A stretch of 64,000 nucleotides of DNA from an uncultured bacterium (GTDB taxonomy: Bacteria; Hydrogenedentota; Hydrogenedentia; Hydrogenedentales; Hydrogenedentaceae), in assembly GCA_937124615.1 (NCBI GenBank), contig CAKZKR010000043.1, positions 1,615 to 65,614 of the forward strand, written 5' to 3'. The notes beneath the pieces are model-generated. The model did not search any database. It was not told where the DNA came from and saw only the letters and a program-made list of their open reading frames with translations. This document shows positions 50,245-60,889 of the stretch, in pieces. A program made the translations under genes and the position numbers. Every line of letters starts with the position of its first letter. Within the stretch, counting starts at the first letter, position 1.

Positions 50245-51750
50245 ATGACACATAAAAATGTATTATGGATTATCAGTGATGAGTTTCGGGCGGATTGCCT
50301 CAGTTACACAGGGAACACCATCATTCAAACTCCGAATTTAGATAGATTATGCCAAGAAGGTACTGTTTTTTCCAATTGCTTTGCTCAATCTGCACCCTGT
50401 GCTCCCAGTCGTATGTGTATGTTCACCGGCAGATATATGTTTTCGCATGGCTGTGTCTGGAACAAAACACCCTTAAAAAATGCAGAAGAAAACATTGCGT
50501 ACTACCTACAAAATTATGGATACGAACCTGCACTTATTGGATATAACGACTATGCGAAAGACCCAGACATTCTACCACTTAATCATCCCCATCGTTCCTC
50601 ATTAAGTTACGAATACGCTTTACCCGGATTCAATCACTTATTTCAACATGAATACGATTCTCCCGAATGGTATGCATACTTAAAAGAAAAAGGCTATCCC
50701 GATGAACAATGTACCTGTGAATTTATGTGTCAACCTGATGTCCCCCTCGATGGGCCAGGAAAACATTTGCCAGAATACTATCCTGCACGATATAAAACGG
50801 AACATAGTGAATGTAGATTTATCACTGAAACAGCAATTGATTATATAGATAAAAACAAACAGTTTCCATGGTTCTTATCTTTAAATTACATCAAACCGCA
50901 CAGCCCTAATCTATGTTCTGACCCCTACCACAAACTTTATCGCCATGCCAAATTCCCACCCCCTATACGAGCCGACCTGAATTATTACCAGAACGACCCT
51001 TATTTCCAACGATTAGGAAAAGACACATGCAATGCCTTAATTAACCCAATCCATTTGCAAGATTTTCGTTCCGCATATTACGGGATGATTACAGAACTGG
51101 ATTATAATCTTGGACTCTTATTTGATTACTTAACAGAGACCAACTTATGGGAAAACACCCTTATTATTTTCTCTTCCGACCACGGCGAATATCTCGGAGA
51201 CCACTACTTAACAGGGAAGTGTCACTATTTCGATAGTGCTTATCATGTTCCCTTGATTATCTATGACCCTTCCGAACAAGCAAATATTACCCGTAGACAA
51301 ATCATTGATGATTTAGTGGAACTAATTGATATTGTCCCCACAGTATGCGAATTTCTTCGTATACCCCTATATCCTTTATTTCAGGGGAAATCATTACTAC
51401 CTCGTATTTATGGGGAGGTAAATACAGTTAACAGGGAAGCTGTATTCTCTGAATATTACTACTATTATCATCTCCGATCTGAAGAACAAGTAAAGACAGT
51501 TCCTGAGAAATGCGTTCTTTGTGCCGTCCGTGATAAGAGGTATAAATATGTCTTTTTTGGAGAAGAATACTTACCGTCTCGACTTTTTGACATTTCCACC
51601 CCTTATGGGGAATTGAATAACCTCTTGCTCACTACGGGATATGATTCACGAGCTCATCATTATCTATCCATGCTTATGCGCTGGCGGATAAAAAATGCAG
51701 ACTGGAGTATGGAACAGTGGGCTCATGCTTTTCGTTCCTCAGACGAATAA
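50245..51750 (+). CDS. Formylglycine-dependent sulfatase (arylsulfatase family), with no signal peptide
   Basis: The sulfatase signature CAPSRMCMFTGRY (C-x-P-x-R) is present. The N-terminus is LWIISDEFRAD and the C-terminal metal ligands are SSDHGE. Confidence 0.85.
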   Translation: MTHKNVLWIISDEFRADCLSYTGNTIIQTPNLDRLCQEGTVFSNCFAQSAPCAPSRMCMFTGRYMFSHGCVWNKTPLKNAEENIAYYLQNYGYEPALIGYNDYAKDPDILPLNHPHRSSLSYEYALPGFNHLFQHEYDSPEWYAYLKEKGYPDEQCTCEFMCQPDVPLDGPGKHLPEYYPARYKTEHSECRFITETAIDYIDKNKQFPWFLSLNYIKPHSPNLCSDPYHKLYRHAKFPPPIRADLNYYQNDPYFQRLGKDTCNALINPIHLQDFRSAYYGMITELDYNLGLLFDYLTETNLWENTLIIFSSDHGEYLGDHYLTGKCHYFDSAYHVPLIIYDPSEQANITRRQIIDDLVELIDIVPTVCEFLRIPLYPLFQGKSLLPRIYGEVNTVNREAVFSEYYYYYHLRSEEQVKTVPEKCVLCAVRDKRYKYVFFGEEYLPSRLFDISTPYGELNNLLLTTGYDSRAHHYLSMLMRWRIKNADWSMEQWAHAFRSSDE

Positions 51751-51819
51751 AATAAACCCTTTCCTCTGCATGAAACAGAAGAAAGGGTTTGATTGGCAAT
51801 CAAGATTATTTGCAGTTAA

Positions 51820-52986
51820 TTACTCACAGAGTTCAAATACACCGGCCGCACCCATACCACCACCGATACACATGGTCTCAAGACCCCATTTCACTCCACG
51901 GCGACGCATCTCATAAATCAATGTGCATGCAAGTTTGGCCCCGGTGCATCCCAATGGATGTCCAAGAGCAATGGCACCACCGTTAACATTCACGATATCC
52001 GGATTCAAACCAAGAGTTTTAATTACATATAGGGTTTGTGATGCAAACGCTTCATTACATTCTACTAAACCAATATCATCGATAGTAATTCCTGCCTGAC
52101 GACATGCTTCCTGAATTGCCGGTATTTGAGCAGGTCCTAAGTATCCCGGGTCCCCAGCGCCAACTGCATATCCCCTTAACTTTGCCAACGGCTTCAAATT
52201 GAATTCTTTTACAACATCTTCACTCACTATTACTGTTGCTGCTGCACCGCAACTCGTTTGACTTGCATTCCCGGCTGTGGTAACACCTTTACCCGCAGGT
52301 CCCTGGAAAGCCAATTTTAACTTGGCCAATCCTTCAAGAGTAGTATCCGGACGAGGACCTTCATCTGTATCAAAGATAAAAGTTTTCCCATCCAAACCCT
52401 TTACTTCTATCGGGACAATTTCTTCTTTGAATTTACCCTCTTGAATTGCTTTTAAAGCCAATTGATTACTACGGAACCCCCACTGGTCACACTCTTCGCG
52501 TGTTATACCGAAATCATTGGCAACATTGTCTGCACATTGTCCCATAGAGGTATAGGCTCTTGGGTTTTTGCGAATCAAATGCGGATTCGGACATATTTTG
52601 TTTCCACCCATAGGAATTACGCTCATACTTTCCACTCCACCAGCAATACCAATATCCAGCATATCGCACTCAATTTTTGTAGCCAAAATAGACATTGTAT
52701 CCAATCCTGATGAACAAAACCGATTTACAGTTTCACCAGATATAGTATCGGGAAGCCCTGCAACTAACAGACCAATACGACCTACATTCATTCCAGCCTC
52801 GGCTTCAGGAAAAGCACAACCGATAATACAATCCTGAAATCGTTCGGCTGGTATTCCCGACCGTTTCACAACTTCTTTTAATACGGCCGCTAATAGGTCA
52901 TCGGGACGGACATGTGCGATAGCACTTCCTTTCTTAGATTTGCCTACCGCAGTCCTACATGCTGCTACAATATATGATTTTTCCAT
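51820..52986 (-). CDS. Acetyl-CoA C-acyltransferase (thiolase)
   Basis: The thiolase signatures are present: the active-site Cys in NRFCSSGLD, and NVNGGAIALGHPLGCTG. Confidence 0.9.
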   Translation of the reverse strand: MEKSYIVAACRTAVGKSKKGSAIAHVRPDDLLAAVLKEVVKRSGIPAERFQDCIIGCAFPEAEAGMNVGRIGLLVAGLPDTISGETVNRFCSSGLDTMSILATKIECDMLDIGIAGGVESMSVIPMGGNKICPNPHLIRKNPRAYTSMGQCADNVANDFGITREECDQWGFRSNQLALKAIQEGKFKEEIVPIEVKGLDGKTFIFDTDEGPRPDTTLEGLAKLKLAFQGPAGKGVTTAGNASQTSCGAAATVIVSEDVVKEFNLKPLAKLRGYAVGAGDPGYLGPAQIPAIQEACRQAGITIDDIGLVECNEAFASQTLYVIKTLGLNPDIVNVNGGAIALGHPLGCTGAKLACTLIYEMRRRGVKWGLETMCIGGGMGAAGVFELCE

Positions 52987-53012
52987 ATTTAATCCTCCTT
53001 ACAACTTTAAGG

Positions 53013-55412
53013 TTAATTCCGCAATGGTTTACCTGTGGTTAACATGTGTTGAATTCTTTGTTGTGTTTTCTCTGTCCCGCAGAGACTGCAGAATGCTTCA
53101 CATTCCAAGTCAAGCAGGTCTTGTTCGGTGATAGGTGTCCCTTCTGCACGGTCACCACCCGTCAGTATATATGCCACTTTGGTGGCAATAAGCATGTCGT
53201 GCTCGGAGGCAAAGCCGGCTTCCTTCATACCCCAAACAGCCGCTTCAAATGCAGCGCGAGGAGTTTCTCCTAAGGCCCAGAGTTTCGGAGGTCTGGGGGG
53301 TCTATATCCTGCCTGTATTAGACTCAAGCAAACATTCTTTGCTCTTCCTACTTGAAGTTCAAAATTCGGTTCGATAATATCCGTTGGTCTTAAGTAGCCT
53401 AACTCAACAACTTCTGCACCGCTTGTACCAACTTTTGCCATTGCAATATCTTCAAAGGAACGACGGATGAATGGGAACGGGTCTGCATTTACACTTTCCG
53501 GAATTAATTCCAATGCACGAACTGTCATTTCCTTCGTTCCACCTCCTGCGGGGATTACACCAACACCAGCCTCTACCAAACCCGCATAGGTTTCTCCTGC
53601 AATAACACATTTCGCTGCATGCATACAGATTTCAAGACCACCACCGAAGGTATAATGATGAGGAGCAATAACCACAGGTCTCGAGCAATATTTCATCCTC
53701 ATATTCGCTCCCTGTAAACCACGAACCATTGCTTCAATTGCCCCCCAATCTTGTTGCATAATTTGTCCCAAAATTAAGAACAAATTGGCACCGGCACTGA
53801 AATGAGGTCCCTGGTTTGCAACAACCATGCCTTCATATTTGCCTTCTTCTAACAAATCGACACCTTTACTCAACATCATGACGATGTCCGCATCAACCGC
53901 ATTCATCTTGCAATGAAATTCACAGCAGATAATTCCATCACCAATATCAATCAAACTGGCACTATCATTTCTATCAATCTCTTTACCCGGTTGTGCTTTT
54001 ACAACAGACAAGCGAATTTCTTTCGGATTCTTTGGAACAGGTTTATACGAGTTTGTGGAAATATCGAAGAAATAATCTACTCCATCTTCTGTTTTATAGA
54101 AAGAACTCCCACCTATCTTCTTAACTGCTTGTGCAATTGCGGGCAACTCAATTCCTTCTGCTTCCATTCGCTTACATACCTCATCAAAACCTAACATATC
54201 CCAGGTTTCAAAGATACCTGCTTCCCACGCAAATCCCCATTTCACTGCATTATCAATGTTCACAATATCATCTGAAATTTCAGGAATACGGTTGCTCGCA
54301 TATTTGGCCACATGGGCAAATAATTTAAATACAAATTTAGCACCCTTGTCTTCACTAAAATGCATCACCTTTAATTTTTCGGCAAGGTCTTCAATACTCC
54401 GAACGGCTCCGGTACAATCGAATTTCGCTTTTACAGGGTCCCGATACTCAACTGTGGCCGGGTCAATCGCTTGAACAATGGCCTTACCCTTCTCATCTTT
54501 TTTATCTGTCTTCTTATAAAAACCGCTACCGGTTTTGTTACCCCACAACTTCTTCTCTACCATCTTCTCTACCCAATCGGGCATCTTGAAGTAGTCTCTG
54601 CTCTCGTCATCCGGGCAACCATCATATACATTTTTCACGACCTTAACAAAGGTGTCCAGTCCAACGAGGTCTGCTGTGCGAAATGTAGCCGAACTGGCAT
54701 GTCCAATAGCCGGTCCTGTTAAAGCATCAATTTCTTCAACAGTCAAACCTTCCTTTGTCATCTCGTGCAATATGAAAGACATTGTAAAAGTTAAAATACG
54801 ATTAGCTATGAAGTTCGGCGTATCTTTGGCATAAACGATACCTTTCCCTAATACATTCTCACCAAACCAAGCTATAGTATCAATCACCTCTGGCCGTGTA
54901 TCGGGTCCTGGAATAAGTTCCAGCAATCTCAGATAGCGAGGCGGATTAAAGAAATGTGTCCCCATGAAATGTTGGCTCATTTCTTTAGGCATGCTTTCTG
55001 CCATAGCACGAATGGGAATACCGCTTGTGTTCGATGTTACAATACTTCCAGGTTTACGATGCTGAGCGACCTGAGCATAAACTTGTTTTTTAATGTCCAG
55101 ATTTTCCATCACTACTTCAATAATCCAATCGCAATCTGCTATCTTATGCATGTCATCCTCAAAATTCCCTGTCTCTATCATATTCAAATAACTTTTGCTG
55201 TAAAGAGGTGACGGTTTTGCTTTCAACAGATTTGCTTTATTACCCTCGACCAGCTCATTCCGTTTTTTTGCCTTTTTCTTGTCATCATCAGAGAGGTTTG
55301 GAGTTACTATATCCAGCATAATGCTGGGAACTCCACAGTTGGCAAGGTGTGCTGCAATTGCTGCACCCATTACGCCAGAGCCTAACACTGCCGCTTTTCG
55401 AATTTCCCTCAT
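53013..55412 (-). CDS. Bifunctional 3-hydroxyacyl-CoA dehydrogenase / enoyl-CoA hydratase (FadN-type domain order)
   Basis: The N-terminus is an NAD-binding 3HCDH domain (VLGSGVMGAAIA). The C-terminus is a crotonase fold (GPHFSAGANL). The length is 799 aa. Confidence 0.85.
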   Translation of the reverse strand: MREIRKAAVLGSGVMGAAIAAHLANCGVPSIMLDIVTPNLSDDDKKKAKKRNELVEGNKANLLKAKPSPLYSKSYLNMIETGNFEDDMHKIADCDWIIEVVMENLDIKKQVYAQVAQHRKPGSIVTSNTSGIPIRAMAESMPKEMSQHFMGTHFFNPPRYLRLLELIPGPDTRPEVIDTIAWFGENVLGKGIVYAKDTPNFIANRILTFTMSFILHEMTKEGLTVEEIDALTGPAIGHASSATFRTADLVGLDTFVKVVKNVYDGCPDDESRDYFKMPDWVEKMVEKKLWGNKTGSGFYKKTDKKDEKGKAIVQAIDPATVEYRDPVKAKFDCTGAVRSIEDLAEKLKVMHFSEDKGAKFVFKLFAHVAKYASNRIPEISDDIVNIDNAVKWGFAWEAGIFETWDMLGFDEVCKRMEAEGIELPAIAQAVKKIGGSSFYKTEDGVDYFFDISTNSYKPVPKNPKEIRLSVVKAQPGKEIDRNDSASLIDIGDGIICCEFHCKMNAVDADIVMMLSKGVDLLEEGKYEGMVVANQGPHFSAGANLFLILGQIMQQDWGAIEAMVRGLQGANMRMKYCSRPVVIAPHHYTFGGGLEICMHAAKCVIAGETYAGLVEAGVGVIPAGGGTKEMTVRALELIPESVNADPFPFIRRSFEDIAMAKVGTSGAEVVELGYLRPTDIIEPNFELQVGRAKNVCLSLIQAGYRPPRPPKLWALGETPRAAFEAAVWGMKEAGFASEHDMLIATKVAYILTGGDRAEGTPITEQDLLDLECEAFCSLCGTEKTQQRIQHMLTTGKPLRN

Positions 55413-55628
55413 GGATTTTATACTCCTATAACTAGGTTAAAGGTTTTAATTTGATGAATCATTATACTTACCGTTCGTTATACAATATTTATAATACTAT
55501 CTGCAAATCAAAATTGCAAATTTTTTATTATCTCACAAGAAATACCTCGTATTTTTAATTTTATGGTTTTCTGCTACTCAGATTTTAGCAATTTTATAAT
55601 AATCAACCCAAATAAGCACCACAAAAAA

Positions 55629-55666
55629 ATAGGCTCTATATTTTTACATTATGATATAGAGCCTAT
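55629..55666. terminator. AT-rich 12-bp inverted repeat, putative terminator between the ChbG-like gene and the beta-oxidation genes
   Basis: A perfect 12 bp stem (ATAGGCTCTATA / TATAGAGCCTAT) with a 14 nt loop is flanked by A/T runs. Confidence 0.4.
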
Positions 55667-55686
55667 ACAAATATCTATCTCGACTT

Positions 55687-56673
55687 TTACTCTTTCGCCC
55701 AACCATATTCAACGCGGGGCATCGGTTTCCCTTCCCTCTGCAAATAACGCAATTCTTTATAACTAATTAATTCTATACCTAATGATTTGATATATTCGCG
55801 TGTTTCTGGTTTACAGAAAAATTCTGTATCTGCTGTTCTACGACCTGCAGAACCTGTAGTAGCCTTCATTTCAGGTGTTAATTCTCCACAGTGGATATAA
55901 ATCTCAGAAACTTTACCCGCAGGTATTTGTGATAATCGTTCTTTCCACCAACTTTCCGTAGCTTCAATTGATGGAGGATCATCCATAAATAACTCATCCG
56001 GATGAAGGACTCCTAATTCGTCTGCTTTATCTATTAAATATTCCCCACCATATTTTTTCATCAACTCACGACCGGCCATACGGCAGGGCAAATTATAATC
56101 TTTTGCTATCTTGATATAAATCTCATGGTACCCCGGTGCATATTGCATCGTTCCCATGTGAGAATCTATATGTGTTACATCTATACCTGCTAACAAGGCT
56201 TTATCTATTTGCGCACGGACTTCCTTCTCTACATCTTCAGGCTTGGCATTTAAATATACAAAGGGGACATCTCCATAAAAATATCCCATCTCATCGCACA
56301 AACTGGGAACAGCCGTCCGCCCTAATACCGGTCCCCACTTATAACTACTCCATTCACTGGTTAATGTTGTATGAACACCTATACTTGCTTTTGGATTTTC
56401 TTTTACCAGCTTCACCGCCTCCATGAACCAGGGACAGGGGACCATTACTGTTGCAGAAGTTACTCCTCCAACCCTCAAAGCGCGGATCGTTGCCATATTT
56501 GTAGCATGATTCATTCCAAAATCATCTGCATTAATAATTAATACTTTCGTACCTGGAGAAAAACCCAACCGTTCTACTAATGAAGGCTTTGGCTGGGTAT
56601 CTTGAGCAATCGTGATAGTAGTAATCATAAAAATCAAAACAAAAGTTAAAATAAACAGCACATGGTTACTCAT
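55687..56673 (-). CDS. YdjC/ChbG/HpnK-family carbohydrate deacetylase, secreted
   Basis: It has a signal peptide. The YdjC motif ADDFG is present and His/Asp metal ligands follow. Confidence 0.7.
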   Translation of the reverse strand: MSNHVLFILTFVLIFMITTITIAQDTQPKPSLVERLGFSPGTKVLIINADDFGMNHATNMATIRALRVGGVTSATVMVPCPWFMEAVKLVKENPKASIGVHTTLTSEWSSYKWGPVLGRTAVPSLCDEMGYFYGDVPFVYLNAKPEDVEKEVRAQIDKALLAGIDVTHIDSHMGTMQYAPGYHEIYIKIAKDYNLPCRMAGRELMKKYGGEYLIDKADELGVLHPDELFMDDPPSIEATESWWKERLSQIPAGKVSEIYIHCGELTPEMKATTGSAGRRTADTEFFCKPETREYIKSLGIELISYKELRYLQREGKPMPRVEYGWAKE

Positions 56674-56834
56674 AAAAAACTCCTTTCCTATAGAGAAATA
56701 GTTTGATATATATTTTCGTTAAAATATTGATTAAATTTTAGACTAAAATTATAAAATTTTTGTTTTACTTTATTTGTTCCTTGCATTATATTATATAGGG
56801 ATTATATAAAACTGTTTTAATCAAAGGATAACTT

Positions 56835-58598
56835 ATGCAACACAGCGTCCATTTTATAATCCTTTTTCTATTTATTTTATCAACTACGATAAACATATCC
56901 GCTCAATGGCAATCCCCATCTAAGGGACCCAAAATAGACTATACCACATTCGTTGAATACGAAAGCATAAAACCCGAAACACCCGTTAGAATTGCCATAC
57001 AATTTCAGTTAGAACCGGAATGGCACATCAACAGCAATAAACCCCTTGATGAATTTCTGATACCGACAGAAATCCAATTTGAAGAAAATGCCTTTATACA
57101 AATCAAAAAGATTATCTATCCTCCCTCTAAAGAAGTAAAGTTATCTTTTTCTAACGAACCGCTCTCTGTATTCGAAAACCTTTTTTTAATTGGCTTTGAA
57201 ATTGTAGTTCTATCTGATAACAAAAACCGTAGTTCCATAGAATTATCCGGTTCATTAAATTACCAACCTTGTAATGACCGACAATGCCTTCCCCCCTCTT
57301 CTATACCTATAAAAGTATCATTAAATATGGGCGATAATCTCATCCCTGCAAACGAAGAAACACAACAAAAGATAAAATTGATACCGTGGGATACAGCAGA
57401 ATCCCTTCCCGAAACAAAAATAACACAGGAAAAAGTTTTTACGGAAGAAACTTCAAAACAAACACCCATCCCAATTCCTGCTCAAGGGAATTGGGAAGAA
57501 CGAATTAAAGATTTTCAATTCGCTTCAAGATTAGATGGGTATGCTAACCGTGATGAATTTATCCGTTTTATCGATGCATCAGAACAGGAAACTTCAACTT
57601 CTACTTCGCGAAAATCAAGGTTAAACATCCTTTCGCTACTATTTATAATCCTTATTGGCGGACTTGCATTAAACCTTACCCCTTGCGTTTTACCTGTAAT
57701 CCCGCTGAACCTCGCTATCATCGGTGCTGGGGCTCGTGCAGGGTCGAAGATACGCGGTTTTCTGTTAGGTTTAGCCTATGGCTTGGGCATTTCCCTGGTC
57801 TATGGGGGTCTGGGAATTGCAGTTGTGCTGGGTTTTTCAAAGACATTCGGTTCTATCAATTCTACTTACTGGTTTAACGGCCTGATAACTTTACTATTTA
57901 TCGTGCTGGCCTTAGCCATGTTCGACTTTATCGTTATTGACTTTTCTCGTTTCCAGGCGTATATTGGCATTCGGAAAAATCCAAAAGGGAGTTTCTTTGT
58001 GGCACTATTCATGGGCGGAGTGTCCGCATTATTAGCCGGTGCTTGCGTAGCACCTGTTGTTATATCCACGATTCTTCAATCACAGGATTTATACAGTCAG
58101 GGATATACCTCTGCCCTTCTACTTCCTTTCTTATTAGGTATCGGAATGGCTTTACCATGGCCTGTATTAGGTGCAGGAATGACCCTTCTACCTAAACCCG
58201 GCAAATGGATGGAATATGTCAAGTATGGCTTTGGTATCTTCTTACTTGGCCTTGCCGTTTACTATGGATACACAACTTACACCCTCTTTAATGCAGGCAG
58301 TATCAAAACCGAACAAATTACTCAAGGCTGGTATACCTCATTGGCGGAAGGACTTGATGAAGCACAAAAAAACAATCAGCCGGTAATCATTGACTTCTGG
58401 GCTACATGGTGTAAAAACTGCATTGTTATGAACAAGACCGTTTTACCGGACGAAACAGTCAAACAAAAACTGAATAATTTTGTCAAAATTAAATATCAAG
58501 CAGAAAATCCTGACGAACCAACAGTGCGAAAAGTCCTTGACCACTTTGAAGTGTTGGGGCTACCCACATTTATTATATTGAAACCCAGACAAAAATAA
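56835..58598 (+). CDS. dsbD: Thiol:disulfide interchange protein DsbD
   Basis: An N-terminal periplasmic alpha domain has a Cys pair (CNDRQC). The multi-helix core has Cys residues in LTPCVLPV and GACVAPV. The C-terminal thioredoxin domain has WATWCKNC. Confidence 0.85.
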   Translation: MQHSVHFIILFLFILSTTINISAQWQSPSKGPKIDYTTFVEYESIKPETPVRIAIQFQLEPEWHINSNKPLDEFLIPTEIQFEENAFIQIKKIIYPPSKEVKLSFSNEPLSVFENLFLIGFEIVVLSDNKNRSSIELSGSLNYQPCNDRQCLPPSSIPIKVSLNMGDNLIPANEETQQKIKLIPWDTAESLPETKITQEKVFTEETSKQTPIPIPAQGNWEERIKDFQFASRLDGYANRDEFIRFIDASEQETSTSTSRKSRLNILSLLFIILIGGLALNLTPCVLPVIPLNLAIIGAGARAGSKIRGFLLGLAYGLGISLVYGGLGIAVVLGFSKTFGSINSTYWFNGLITLLFIVLALAMFDFIVIDFSRFQAYIGIRKNPKGSFFVALFMGGVSALLAGACVAPVVISTILQSQDLYSQGYTSALLLPFLLGIGMALPWPVLGAGMTLLPKPGKWMEYVKYGFGIFLLGLAVYYGYTTYTLFNAGSIKTEQITQGWYTSLAEGLDEAQKNNQPVIIDFWATWCKNCIVMNKTVLPDETVKQKLNNFVKIKYQAENPDEPTVRKVLDHFEVLGLPTFIILKPRQK

Positions 58599-58615
58599 AC
58601 TCTTTTATTTAAGAT

Positions 58616-60028
58616 ATGGAAGAAACTCTATTATACAGATTAATAGTTGAACATTTTTTTACCGTTATCGGTTTCTTACTCGCCGTTTTTCTTATTCTAA
58701 AAATTATCAGTGAACATCGCCGTCCCGGGGGAGCAATATCCTGGCTAATTGCCATTATTTTTGCACCGTATATCGGTGTACCTCTCTACTTTATACTCGG
58801 TGGAAGAAAAATTACAAAAAAAATAAACAGAAAAGAACCCCTTTACACCACACCGAATACAAAACCTGAACAGCCTGTAAAAAATCCAATTGAACGAGTT
58901 CTTTTATCCTCAGGAATGCCTTCCATAAGACAGACATTTTCCACGGTGTTCTTATTTGACGGTATCGATGCCTTCCATAAATTAATCGAGATTATCAACC
59001 ATGCAGAAGAATATATTTACTGCACTACCTTTATTTTAGGCAAAGACGAGACCGGATTCCGTATCATCAATGCATTAGCCGAAAAAGCAAAACAAGGGGT
59101 TCGAGTCTGCTTATTATTAGATAGTCTTGGTTGTTTAACTGTTACACAAAAAATGCTCCATCCCCTCCTTGATTCCGGTGGAGAAGTAGGCTTCTTTTTA
59201 CCCGTTCTCCCTTTTCGACGAAAATGGTCTGCAAACCTCCGCAACCATCGGAAAATCGTGATTGTAGATGGTAAAATTTCCATGATAGGGGGAATGAATC
59301 TTTCCAATAATTTTATGGGACCGAATCCCTCTCCAAAAAGATTCTTAGACAATGTCGTTTTCTTAACAGGGGAACCCATTTGCGATATTGAACAAGTATT
59401 TCGGAGCGACTGGTACTTCACAACAGAAAAAGAATTGCCCGAACCTAATATCCCTTCTTTTCTTACCGAGCCAAATATGAATACGCTCCCCGGACGGGTG
59501 CAGGTTGTCGCCAGTGGACCGGATGTCCCGGAAGACACACTATACGATGCTATTTTAACCGCCTGTATGGAAGCAAAAGAGAGAATCTGGATTGTTACTC
59601 CTTATTTTGTTCCGGACGAGCCCATTTTGAAAGCACTCACCCTACAGGCTCGAGCCGGACTGGATGTATCCATTATCCTACCCCAAAAATCCAACCATCT
59701 CATTGCAGACTTTGCACGAGGACCTGCCTTACGCGAACTGCTCAAAAGTGGAGCCAACATCTGGTTTTACGAAAAAGGTATGGTTCATTCAAAGTTATTG
59801 GTATTCGACCGCTATCTTGCTGTTACTGGCTCACCTAATCTTGATATTCGCAGTATGTATCTCAACTTTGAAATAGCCCTGTTCCACTACTCCCCGAATG
59901 AAATCGATGCCGTTTCAGGCTGGATCTATCAACTAATAAATAATTCACGGAAAGTATCTGTATTACCTGAAAAAACCTTCCAGATATGGATGGAAAACCT
60001 TAGCCTTCTTATAGCCCCTCTGATATAA
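58616..60028 (+). CDS. cls: Cardiolipin synthase (phospholipase D superfamily)
   Basis: It has two N-terminal transmembrane helices and two HKD motifs (HRKIVIVDG and HSKLLVFD). Confidence 0.85.
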   Translation: MEETLLYRLIVEHFFTVIGFLLAVFLILKIISEHRRPGGAISWLIAIIFAPYIGVPLYFILGGRKITKKINRKEPLYTTPNTKPEQPVKNPIERVLLSSGMPSIRQTFSTVFLFDGIDAFHKLIEIINHAEEYIYCTTFILGKDETGFRIINALAEKAKQGVRVCLLLDSLGCLTVTQKMLHPLLDSGGEVGFFLPVLPFRRKWSANLRNHRKIVIVDGKISMIGGMNLSNNFMGPNPSPKRFLDNVVFLTGEPICDIEQVFRSDWYFTTEKELPEPNIPSFLTEPNMNTLPGRVQVVASGPDVPEDTLYDAILTACMEAKERIWIVTPYFVPDEPILKALTLQARAGLDVSIILPQKSNHLIADFARGPALRELLKSGANIWFYEKGMVHSKLLVFDRYLAVTGSPNLDIRSMYLNFEIALFHYSPNEIDAVSGWIYQLINNSRKVSVLPEKTFQIWMENLSLLIAPLI

Positions 60029-60154
60029 ACATTCATATACCTCCCCCGATTTTCCTTCAACACTCTTCTAAAAAAAACAAAGTTTCCTCTATGAATACAA
60101 AAATTAAATACATCTACAAGACACAACCAAAACTTGCTATCCAAATAGTCATAC

Positions 60155-60200
60155 AAAAAAACAAGTAGGGGCTTCCTTTTTCAAGCCCCTACTTAAAAAC
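60155..60200. terminator. Bidirectional rho-independent terminator between the convergent cls and lipoprotein genes
   Basis: A perfect 12 bp stem (AAGTAGGGGCTT / AAGCCCCTACTT) with an 8 nt loop has an A-run upstream and a T-rich loop/downstream A-run, so it works on both strands. Confidence 0.7.
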
Positions 60201-60241
60201 GGAAACATCACTATTTCTTAACTTATATTACTACCAAAAAT

Positions 60242-60889
60242 CTAATTCCTTCCTCCACCAGAGCCTCCACCATTACCACCTCCATTATTATTTCCACCCC
60301 CACTATTTTCTCGATTATTCCAGCGGAAGATATTACCAAGCCACTCACGAATTCTCTCACGGACCATCTCTCGAATCACATTTCCCACCCCTTGAAGATT
60401 GTCAATTACTCGAACTTTTACCTCTTTTTCAACACTATCAGAAACTTTTATTTTAATAGACGAAGCCAACGGTGAAGTATTAGATAGCGACCCTAATACA
60501 GAATCATCTATCTTCACAGAGATATATTCCCTATCCCAGGGTCCCGCAGAAGTTCCTTCCTTCGGGTCTACGAGTACCCATTCATTTGCAGGTTCAACTG
60601 TAAACTCCATTTCCGTAGCAAATGGAAACCGATTCCAGACACGAACCACTCTGTCCGTACCTTTCTCAATGTCTTTTTTCGTAAAAACAAGATTTTTAGG
60701 CGCATAACCCAATTGCAATCCAATCCACCATTGAGGTGTCTGCTTGGCACTCATCAGGTCCTTTGTCAATTCGTTCAACTGCTCACAGCCTTGTAGCATC
60801 ATTAACATAGCAACACAGACACTCAATACTACTGCATACCTTTTCATTGTTTTAATTCCTCTGTTAGAGTTTCTCCTTTTGCCCAGCAA
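60242..60889 (-). CDS. Hypothetical lipoprotein with a Gly/Asn-rich C-terminal tail
   Basis: The signal peptide has a lipobox (MLQGCEQ). The C-terminus is NSGGGNNNGGGNGGGSGGGRN. It is transcribed divergently from the cas9-like gene. Confidence 0.5.
   Translation of the reverse strand: MLGKRRNSNRGIKTMKRYAVVLSVCVAMLMMLQGCEQLNELTKDLMSAKQTPQWWIGLQLGYAPKNLVFTKKDIEKGTDRVVRVWNRFPFATEMEFTVEPANEWVLVDPKEGTSAGPWDREYISVKIDDSVLGSLSNTSPLASSIKIKVSDSVEKEVKVRVIDNLQGVGNVIREMVRERIREWLGNIFRWNNRENSGGGNNNGGGNGGGSGGGRN

Noticed and set aside
59017-59538. 173 aa minus-strand ORF inside cardiolipin synthase
   Set aside because: It is antisense to the conserved HKD-domain region of cls.
60780-60889. Gly/Asn-rich repetitive DNA at the 3' end of the lipoprotein gene, as a possible CRISPR-like or tandem repeat
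   Set aside because: It is an in-frame low-complexity coding sequence (GGGNNNGGGNGGGSGGG). It is not a spaced direct repeat.
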